This document shows positions 1-6,693 of a DNA stretch of 25,059 nt, piece after piece. The translations under genes were made by a program, and so were the position numbers. Each line of letters begins with the position of its first letter. The first letter of the stretch is position 1. The notes under the pieces are model-generated. The model had not been told where the DNA came from, did no database searches, and saw nothing but the letters and a program-made list of their open reading frames with translations. Source of the DNA: Betaproteobacteria bacterium (GTDB lineage: Bacteria > Pseudomonadota > Gammaproteobacteria > Burkholderiales > JBDZVW01); assembly GCA_040255885.1 (NCBI GenBank), contig JBDZVW010000001.1:1-25059 (forward strand), read 5' to 3'.

Positions 1-69
1 CCTCAATAAGGCGGGGAAAGATTCCCCTCCTCGGATGAGGAGGGGTGGACGCGAAGCGGACGGGGTGGT
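1..69. repeat. REP-like palindromic repeat: 47-bp unit (copy A, 23-69) preceded by the tail of a degenerate related hairpin (1-17)
   Basis: TCCCCTCCTCGGATGAGGAGGGGTGGACGCGAAGCGGACGGGGTGGT with internal hairpin CCCCTCCTC-GGAT-GAGGAGGGG. It matches 4439-4485 at 41/47 and the reverse complement of 4506-4552 at 44/47. Bases 1-10 (CCTCAATAAG) recur at 4384-4393. Confidence 0.85.
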
Positions 70-89
70 CGCTTTTTCCGTACACCCCA

Positions 90-1070
90 TCACGCAAACT
101 CCATCGTTTTCTTCACCGCATCGATAATGCACTGCTGATCCGGAATGTATTGCAGTTCCAGTTTCGCGTACGGCATTACAGTGTCGTAACCGGTTACGCG
201 CGCGACCGGCGCCAGCAATGTGAGCAGTCCCTGTTCCGCGAGCAGGGCGGCGATTTCGGAGGCGAAGCCGGCGGTGCGGGGCGCTTCGGTGACGATCACG
301 CAGCGGCCGGTTTTTGCGACCGACGCGAGTAGGGTGTCGGCATCGAACGGTTTGAGCGTCGCGACGTCGATCACTTCAGCGAAAATAGCCTGGTCAGCGA
401 GCGTGTCCGCCGCACGCAGCGTTGCGTACGTCATCGGGCCCCACGTGACGAGCGTGATGTCGCTGCCTTCACGCAGCGTGAAGCAGGTGTCGAGCGGCAG
501 CGCTTCGCCGTTGTCGTCGACCGCTTCACGCATCATGCGGTAGAGCCGCGTCGGCTCCAGGAACAGCACCGGATCGGGATCGCCGATTGCAGCCAGCAGC
601 AGCCCGTAGGCGCGGCGCGGCGACGACGGATAGACCACGCGTATTCCCGGAATGTGCGCGAACATCGCTTCCGGACTTTCGGAGTGATGCTCCGGCGCGT
701 GAATGCCGCCGCCGCATGGCGTGCGCAGCACCATCGGGCAGGACAGCCGGCCGCAGGTGCGATGACGCATGCGGCCGGCGTGATTCACGATCTGGTCGAT
801 GCAGGTGTAGGCAAAGCCGGAGAACTGGATTTCAGCGACCGGCTTCAATCCCTCGGCCGCCATGCCGACCGCCATGCCGGCGATCAGACCCTCCGCGAGC
901 GGCGTGTCGATCACGCGCTCCGCACCGAACTTCTCCACCAGGCCCAATGTTGCACGGAACACGCCGCCGTCGGTGCCGACGTCCTCGCCCAGCACCACGA
1001 CGTCGGGATCGCGCGCCATCGCGTGATGGAGCGCGAGATTGACCGCCTCGACCAGCGTGATCTCAGCCAT
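90..1070 (-). CDS. pdhB: 2-oxoacid (pyruvate/branched-chain) dehydrogenase E1 beta subunit, 326 aa
   Basis: Start reassigned to ATG at 1070 (MAEITLVEAVNLALHHAM..DVVVLGEDVG..GGVFRAT). Motifs DTPLAE, VAEIQFSGF, HAPEHHSESPE, KTGRCVIVTEA. Overlaps the pdhA stop by 8 nt. Confidence 0.93.
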   Translation of the reverse strand: MAEITLVEAVNLALHHAMARDPDVVVLGEDVGTDGGVFRATLGLVEKFGAERVIDTPLAEGLIAGMAVGMAAEGLKPVAEIQFSGFAYTCIDQIVNHAGRMRHRTCGRLSCPMVLRTPCGGGIHAPEHHSESPEAMFAHIPGIRVVYPSSPRRAYGLLLAAIGDPDPVLFLEPTRLYRMMREAVDDNGEALPLDTCFTLREGSDITLVTWGPMTYATLRAADTLADQAIFAEVIDVATLKPFDADTLLASVAKTGRCVIVTEAPRTAGFASEIAALLAEQGLLTLLAPVARVTGYDTVMPYAKLELQYIPDQQCIIDAVKKTMEFA

Positions 1071-2142
1071 CGCCGCGGCCTTTCCGTGCGAGCGCCGCGG
1101 CGCGCTGCGCGGCCAGTGCGGCCGGCAGTGTTGCGTAGAGATAATCGAACATCTGTTGCGGCGGCGGAGGCGGCGTGTCGAGATAGGCTTGCGCCTGAGC
1201 CTGTACTTCCTGCGCGCATTCGCGCACCAGCGCGTCGTCGCGCGCCTTGTCCCACACGCCGGCGTTTTCGAGATAAGTGCGCAGCCGCGCGATCGGCTCG
1301 TACTGCCATTGCTCGGCAACGTCATCGGCACTGCGGTAGCGCGACGCATCGTCGGCGGTAGTGTGGTCCGACAGGCGGTAGGTCAGCGCTTCGATCAATG
1401 CCGGACCATCGCCGTTGCGTGCCTTCTCCAGCGCCTGATGCAGTGCGTGATAGACGGCGATGACATCGTTGCCGTCCACCTGTTCGCCAGGAATGCCGGC
1501 GGCGATTGCCTTTTGCGCCAGCGTCTGTGATGCGCTCTGATGCGCGCGCGGCACCGAAATCGCCCATTGATTGTTGGATACCAGAAATACCAGCGGCAAC
1601 TGCCATACACCGGCGGCGTTCAGCCCTTCGTAAAAATCGCCTTTCGACGTGGCGCCGTCGCCCAGCGCGCATACCACCGCCCGCGGCTGCCGCCTCAGCC
1701 GGATCGCATAGCCGACACCGGCGGCATGCGTCGCCTGCGCGGCGATCGTCACGCACATTGGAAAATCATGCGGCTGATCGGCGTAGGCGCTGCCGCGCTC
1801 GTCGCCGCCCCAGTACACGAAAAGTTCGCGCATCGTCACGCCGCGCAACAGTTGCGCGCCGTTCTCGCGATAAGTGCCGACCAGCACGTCGTCCTTGCGC
1901 ATCGCGTGGCCGATCGCGGCATTGACCGCTTCCTGTCCCAGCAGTGGCGCGTAGGTGCCGAGCTGGCCGGTGCGCTGCAGTGCGACCGCCTTCGCGTCAT
2001 ACGCGCGCATCAGCACCATTGCGCGGTAGAACGGAATCAGGGCAGCGGGGTCCCGGGCGAAGTCGGGCAGCGGCTGCACCGTCTTGCCGTGATGATCGAG
2101 GAACTGCGAGTAGTGAATTTCAAAGCGTGCGGCAATGCTCAC
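1063..2142 (-). CDS. pdhA: 2-oxoacid dehydrogenase E1 alpha subunit (TPP-dependent), 359 aa
   Basis: GQEA motif, TPP-binding GDGATSKGDFYEGLN...NN, TYRLSDHTTADD. GTG start with GGAGGA Shine-Dalgarno at 2151-2156. Confidence 0.93.
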   Translation of the reverse strand: MSIAARFEIHYSQFLDHHGKTVQPLPDFARDPAALIPFYRAMVLMRAYDAKAVALQRTGQLGTYAPLLGQEAVNAAIGHAMRKDDVLVGTYRENGAQLLRGVTMRELFVYWGGDERGSAYADQPHDFPMCVTIAAQATHAAGVGYAIRLRRQPRAVVCALGDGATSKGDFYEGLNAAGVWQLPLVFLVSNNQWAISVPRAHQSASQTLAQKAIAAGIPGEQVDGNDVIAVYHALHQALEKARNGDGPALIEALTYRLSDHTTADDASRYRSADDVAEQWQYEPIARLRTYLENAGVWDKARDDALVRECAQEVQAQAQAYLDTPPPPPQQMFDYLYATLPAALAAQRAAALARKGRGDG

Positions 2143-2312
2143 TAACCGTCTCCTCCAGTGTTACTGGAATTCTACAGCTTGCGCGGGATCTTGCCATCGC
2201 ACTCGCGTGATATGCGCGCGACAGCATGACAAGTGAGACATTTCCGAACGGCAATTGTTCCGCCTCCATTCAGGCGGAATCAATGCCGCTGCCGCATGCT
2301 CGACGAATCCGT

Positions 2313-2891
2313 TCAGGCGAACGGATTGACGCCGATCAGACGCGTATGCAGCCAGAATGCGAACACGATCCATGCCACGATGCCGACGGCTGCCACGATT
2401 ACGTCACCTTTCGCCGTGCCCGGCGTATCCGTCACGCCGGTGCGGCGGTCGCGCCGGCGCGATGCGGCGAAATCCGTGATCGCCCACAGCAGAAACGCAC
2501 CGAACAGCACAACGTCATGCAGCATGCCGGTTGCAAGCAGATGCCCGAGCGCCCACGCCTTCACGCCGGCCAGCATCGGATGGCCGATCTTTGCCTTCAG
2601 ATGATTGCGCGGCACATAGGCCGCAATGATCAGAATGAATGCAATCAGCGTGAACAGTGCATTCAGATGTCGCAGCCACGCCGGCGGCGCGTAGAGCAGG
2701 AGCGGATGCTGGCGCGCCAGCCCGAAGCCCCACACCAGCAGCACGAAGCCGACGATCGAAACCAGAGAATACAGTCCCTTCCAGCCGTTCAGGCCGAGGC
2801 GCGCAATCTGCCGCCCACGCCAGCCGTCGGCAAACAGGCGCACCGAATGCGCGCCCAGGAAGACGATCAGGCCAATGATCAGAATTGCCAT
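2313..2891 (-). CDS. nnrU: NnrU family membrane protein, 192 aa
   Basis: GLIVFLGAHS..GWRGRQIARLG..KGLYSLVS..GHPMLAGVKAWALGHLLATG pattern; several hydrophobic helices. Confidence 0.85.
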   Translation of the reverse strand: MAILIIGLIVFLGAHSVRLFADGWRGRQIARLGLNGWKGLYSLVSIVGFVLLVWGFGLARQHPLLLYAPPAWLRHLNALFTLIAFILIIAAYVPRNHLKAKIGHPMLAGVKAWALGHLLATGMLHDVVLFGAFLLWAITDFAASRRRDRRTGVTDTPGTAKGDVIVAAVGIVAWIVFAFWLHTRLIGVNPFA

Positions 2892-3146
2892 CGGGATGCG
2901 TCCCTGCGATCACGAAGCGTGCAGCGTCGCACGAATAAAGCGGCGCCGCAACCGTGATGCGGATGCTGCATGATGCATTGCAGTGCGGCCGCGATTGTAA
3001 CGGCTGCCGGTTTGTTGGTAAGCTTTAGGCGAGAGGTCGTACGCGACTTTTTCGCATCAAGTTTTTCGCTGTCGGAGTTTCCGAATCATCCGGACATTCC
3101 GCGTCTCGCATCTGCAATCACAACCCGCATACAAGGAAGGAGCAGC

Positions 3147-3911
3147 GTGAACGCTATCCGTACAACTTTGTTTATCGCTTTTTCGTTGCTTGCCGCCACA
3201 CAAACGGCGCTGGCTGACGATGCCGGCAAGCTCGACATCATGGCCGGAAGCCAGGCGCCGGGCAAATACAGTCAGGGATTTGCCGGCCATGTTTCGCTGG
3301 GATACACCGCAACCACCGGCAGCAGTGATACCAGCAACCTCGGCGCCAAGCTCGGGCTCTCCTACGGCAAGGGAAAGTGGTATCACGTCTTTTCCGCCGA
3401 GGAAATCCATGCCACCGACAGCGGCAATACCACCGCGCAAAGCACCACCGCGGACGCGCAGAGCGATTATCTGTTCACACCGGACAACTACGTCTTCGGC
3501 CATCTCAGCTACAGTCACGATCAATTCAGCGGTGTCGAACGGCGCACGTCGGAAACCGCCGGCTACGGCCGCCGCCTGCTGCATACCGATACGCAGACCT
3601 GGTCCGCACAGATCGGCGCCGGCGCGCGCCAGGAGCGGCTGCAGGACAACACCAGCCGTAGTTCACCGATCGTGCAGGCCGCCACCGACTATTCGCTGCA
3701 GATATCCAAGAACACCAGCATCGGCGAAGCCATCGTCGCGGAGTGGGGCACCGACAACACCCGGCTGCAATCCGCGACCAATCTCAAGGTGACGATGGTC
3801 AAGAACCTCGCGCTGGTGCTGTCCTACGTCGTCAAGCACAACACCAGCGTGCCGGACGATACGGCTGCGACGAACACCTACACCATGGTGTCGGTGGATT
3901 ACGGGTTCTGA
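3147..3911 (+). CDS. DUF481/YdiY-like outer-membrane beta-barrel protein, about 254 aa
   Basis: GTG at 3147 after AAGGAAGGAG. Signal peptide ending ..TQTALA; LGYTATTGSSDTSNL, AGYGRRLL, AQIGAGARQ; amphipathic strands and C-terminal VDYGF barrel signal. Confidence 0.85.
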   Translation: MNAIRTTLFIAFSLLAATQTALADDAGKLDIMAGSQAPGKYSQGFAGHVSLGYTATTGSSDTSNLGAKLGLSYGKGKWYHVFSAEEIHATDSGNTTAQSTTADAQSDYLFTPDNYVFGHLSYSHDQFSGVERRTSETAGYGRRLLHTDTQTWSAQIGAGARQERLQDNTSRSSPIVQAATDYSLQISKNTSIGEAIVAEWGTDNTRLQSATNLKVTMVKNLALVLSYVVKHNTSVPDDTAATNTYTMVSVDYGF

Positions 3912-3937
3912 CGGCGAGCCGGGGCGCGCTCGTATCT

Positions 3938-3970
3938 TCCCCCTTTGAAAACGGGGATCGAGGGGGATTT
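3938..3970. repeat. Short C-tract/G-tract palindromic repeat unit (single copy in window)
   Basis: TCCCCCTTTGAAAACGGGGATCGAGGGGGATTT: an imperfect CCCC..GGGG hairpin followed by a second G-tract, the same layout as the 47-bp unit. Only one copy is visible, so repeat status is inferred. Confidence 0.5.
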
Positions 3971-4123
3971 AAAGCGTCGCCCGTGCATGTCGCTTTCAGC
4001 GATCCGCCGTGACCTGACCGTGTGTGCCGTTAAGCTCGGATTACTCGACATGGCATATATCACGTAACCACCGGGGCTTTCGTCAAGCTGGCGGTAAGCA
4101 AGGGAAGGACCAGCGGGAAACCA

Positions 4124-4162
4124 TCCTTGCATTTCTGGAATGACGATCCAGCAATGCAAGGA
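4124..4162. other. 16-bp inverted repeat (15/16 paired) with a 7-nt spacer; operator or RNA hairpin
   Basis: TCCTTGCATT-T-CTGGA ATGACGA TCCAG-C-AATGCAAGGA, about 40 nt downstream of the hsdR remnant stop; no good U-tract on either side. Confidence 0.65.
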
Positions 4163-4203
4163 AATCCGCACTTCGCGGAAGGCCGATTACCGCGTCGCTG
4201 CTA

Positions 4204-4380
4204 TCATGCCACCGCCCATTCCTGCGACAGCAGCGCCGCCTGCTCCAGCACCGTTTGCGTCGCCTTTGCCTGCTTGTCCGGCGGATAGCCGTATTTGCGC
4301 AGGATGCGTTTCACCAGCACGCGCAGTTGTGCGCGCACGTTGTCGCGGACGGTCCAGTCTATCGTGACGTTCTTCTTTAT
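4204..4380 (-). pseudogene. hsdR: C-terminal remnant (58 codons) of a type I restriction endonuclease R subunit (DUF3387-type tail)
   Basis: [58 protein letters not shown] is the characteristic HsdR C-terminus. The in-frame sequence upstream is repeat-derived, and no helicase domain, hsdM or hsdS is present. Confidence 0.88.
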
Positions 4381-4552
4381 CCGCCTCAATAAGATGGGGC
4401 GGGTCCGTGCGTCGCTGGCTGCGCGTGGTTTACAGATATCCCCTCCTCGGATGAGGAGGGGACGGAGCGAAGCGGGAGGGGTGGTTGATTTTTCAGGCGC
4501 CACTTACCACCCCGTCCGCTTTGCGTCCACCCCTCCTCATTTGAGGAGGGGA
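4381..4552. repeat. REPIN-like cluster: degenerate hairpin (4381-4399), direct copy B (4439-4485) and inverted copy C (4506-4552) of the 47-bp unit
   Basis: B and C are inverted with a 20-nt spacer. Each has a 9-bp CCCCTCCTC/GAGGAGGGG hairpin. The first 23 nt of B are identical to those of copy A. Confidence 0.9.
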
Positions 4553-4589
4553 GAAGGGCTTACGGACGCCGCATGGTTTTCGAGGTTGT

Positions 4590-5882
4590 TCAATTATTGT
4601 TCGCTGATTCGGAATCGTCAGGCAACGCTTTCAGTTCGAGTCCTTCAATCTCCTGCAGCGATTTGCCGGCAATCCCCTGCAGGTCGCCGTACATGCCGAC
4701 GGTGGCGTTCATCACGCGCTCGATCTGCTGTTCGCGCTTCGCCCATTGTTTCATGATGGCTTTCCGTTCCTTGTCGAGATCTTCCTGCAGCGTGGAGAAG
4801 GCTTCGACGATCGCTTCGACGCGGTGACGGAAGCGCGGACCGGTCAGGTACTGGTAGATCATCTCGGTTTTGGTCTGCTGGCCTGTTGACGCTTGGCGCA
4901 TCAGGCCGATGTCGATCAGCGACTGGCGCAGGATGGTCGCGACCGGCAGTGCGGCGCGCGGGTGCGTGACCCAGATACCGTCGATCAGCTCGAAAGTTTC
5001 GACGCCTTTCGGTAGCGCGTGGCTGACGATCACCGCGACTTCCGCTTTCGCGGTGCGCTGGTCTCCGCGCAGTTTGGCGAGCCAGCCGTCGCTCCAGTTT
5101 TTGGTGCGCTTGGCTTCCCACAGAATGGTGCCGCAGCTGGGGCCGCCGGCGCCGGCCACGCGCTGCAATACGTCGCCGCCGAATTCGCCTTTCGGCACCG
5201 GCTCCACCGAGTCGAACGGGAATTTGGTGCGCAGCAGATTTTCGAGTTCCAGTTCCTGCACTTCGCCCTGCAGCTGCTGCGATCCCTGTTCGGCGCGGCG
5301 CTTGAGGTCTTCGATGTTTTTCTGCATCGACGCGATGGTCTGATCTTTCTCCTTCACCTTGAGCAGCAGCTCGTTTTCGGCCTCCTTCTTCGCTTCCTGC
5401 CTGGCGGCGGTGAGGCCTTCCTGTATGCCTTTCTGAACCGTCAGCTCGAGCTCGCGCTTTGCGTCATCGAGTTCGCGCTGTTTTTTGATCAGTTCGGCCT
5501 GCGCGTTCTGTGCTTCGGTCAGCTTTTTGTTGTTCTGCTTCAGGATTTCCTCGAGATCCGCGACCTGTCGCGCCTTCTGTTCCAGATCACTGGCCGTCGC
5601 GAGCCGGGCTTTTCTGGCTTCTTCTGCAATGATGTCTGCGCGGTCCTTTTTCAGTTGCTCGGCGACCTGGTCGGCGACTTGCCGGTCGATTTGCTTTTTG
5701 GCGTCGGCGAGTTGTTTTTCCTTGTCGCGCATCTCCTGTTCGCGCTTTGCGATGTCGCTGTCTTTCTGCGCCAGTTGCTGCTCGAATTGCCGGCGCGTCG
5801 ATTCAATCAGCGGCGCTGCCAGCGATTCGGTCAGTCTGATCTCGGCCTTGCAGTTGGGGCAGATGATCGTGGGTTCAGCCAT
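4590..5882 (-). CDS. DUF2130 domain protein: CxxC knuckle, long coiled coil, RmuC-like PD-(D/E)xK nuclease-type domain; 430 aa
   Basis: Likely start MAEPTIICPNCKAEIRLTESLAAPL at 5882. E/K/Q-rich heptads; EQGSQQLQGEVQELELE..FPFD..VPKGEFGGD..ILWEAKRTKNWSDGWLAKL. Confidence 0.85.
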   Translation of the reverse strand: MAEPTIICPNCKAEIRLTESLAAPLIESTRRQFEQQLAQKDSDIAKREQEMRDKEKQLADAKKQIDRQVADQVAEQLKKDRADIIAEEARKARLATASDLEQKARQVADLEEILKQNNKKLTEAQNAQAELIKKQRELDDAKRELELTVQKGIQEGLTAARQEAKKEAENELLLKVKEKDQTIASMQKNIEDLKRRAEQGSQQLQGEVQELELENLLRTKFPFDSVEPVPKGEFGGDVLQRVAGAGGPSCGTILWEAKRTKNWSDGWLAKLRGDQRTAKAEVAVIVSHALPKGVETFELIDGIWVTHPRAALPVATILRQSLIDIGLMRQASTGQQTKTEMIYQYLTGPRFRHRVEAIVEAFSTLQEDLDKERKAIMKQWAKREQQIERVMNATVGMYGDLQGIAGKSLQEIEGLELKALPDDSESANNN

Positions 5883-6082
5883 GCGGTTCTTTCCGTTGTC
5901 GAGTCCGGCGTCGTAATGGAAATTTCGAATGCCGGGCGTATATAAATGAGGCACAGGTTACGCCGTGCGGTTGCAACCGGGAACGGTGGTATTTCCGCAG
6001 AAGGGTTTTGCGCGGCGCGCAACCGTCAACTTTGCGAAACGCGGAATTTCGCCGTATTGATACGGCGTGCCGGCTTTCCCGG

Positions 6083-6394
6083 TCAGCGCACCAGTTTCCG
6101 TACCACCTGCAGCAATTCGTCGATCGCATCGTCGCCACTGCCGGAGCGGATGGCGCCCTGCACGCAGCCATGGGTGTGATCCTTCAGCAGTTGCAGCGAT
6201 ACCGCATCGAGCGCCGATTTGGCCGCCGCGATCTGCGTCAGCACGTCGACGCAGTAGCGGTCCTCGTCGACCATGCGCGTGATACCGCGCACCTGGCCTT
6301 CAATGCGGTTGAGGCGATTGAGCAGCGACGCCTTGTGCGGCTGCACCACGTGCTTTGCGGCGGGGGCGCGCTTAAGCGGCTTCGAAACCGGCAT
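6083..6394 (-). CDS. csoR: CsoR-family copper-sensing transcriptional repressor
   Basis: [39 protein letters not shown] carries the Cys/His/Cys Cu(I) ligand set. Overlaps the copZ end; exact start uncertain. Confidence 0.9.
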   Translation of the reverse strand: MPVSKPLKRAPAAKHVVQPHKASLLNRLNRIEGQVRGITRMVDEDRYCVDVLTQIAAAKSALDAVSLQLLKDHTHGCVQGAIRSGSGDDAIDELLQVVRKLVR

Positions 6395-6578
6395 CTTCTA
6401 CGGCCTGACGGAGCTGGTCGGCCGATGCGAGTGCCGCATCGTATTCGACCGTCGCCTGTTTCTGTTCCAGCGATACGTCGGCATGTCCGACGCCCGGCAG
6501 CGCCTGCAATACGCGCGTGACGCTGGCGACGCAGCCGCTGCAGGTCATGCCTTCAATTTTGATTGTCGTGGTTTCCAT
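6372..6578 (-). CDS. copZ: Copper chaperone (HMA domain), 68 aa
   Basis: GMTCSGC metal-binding loop, AVEDAGF C-terminus; AGGAGA Shine-Dalgarno at 6586-6591. Confidence 0.92.
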   Translation of the reverse strand: METTTIKIEGMTCSGCVASVTRVLQALPGVGHADVSLEQKQATVEYDAALASADQLRQAVEDAGFEAA

Positions 6579-6591
6579 AGCAATTTCTCCT

Positions 6592-6693
6592 GTGGAGAAG
6601 TGAGGTGTGAGGAGTAAGGAGTGAGGAGTTATATAGTTTCCGGTGCGTTGCGCGCCCCGGTGTGATTTGCTCCTGACACCTGCTTCTCACTCC
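6592..6693. repeat. Heptamer tandem repeat (GTGAGGW-like x4, 6600-6627) with a degenerate inverted arm (6670-6693)
   Basis: GTGAGGT GTGAGGA GTAAGGA GTGAGGA. The reverse complement of 6670-6693 reads GGA GTGAGAA GCAGGT GTCAGGA G. Confidence 0.75.

Noticed and set aside
3915..3937. Terminator after the DUF481 gene
   Set aside because: Only a 5-bp stem with an 8-nt loop and no real U-tract.
3899..4171. 90-aa minus-strand ORF
   Set aside because: No recognisable motif or SD; it runs through two hairpin elements and overlaps the DUF481 stop.
4381..4503. N-terminal 40 aa of the 99-aa ORF 4204..4503
   Set aside because: It is translated largely from the palindromic repeat region; only the last 58 codons resemble HsdR.
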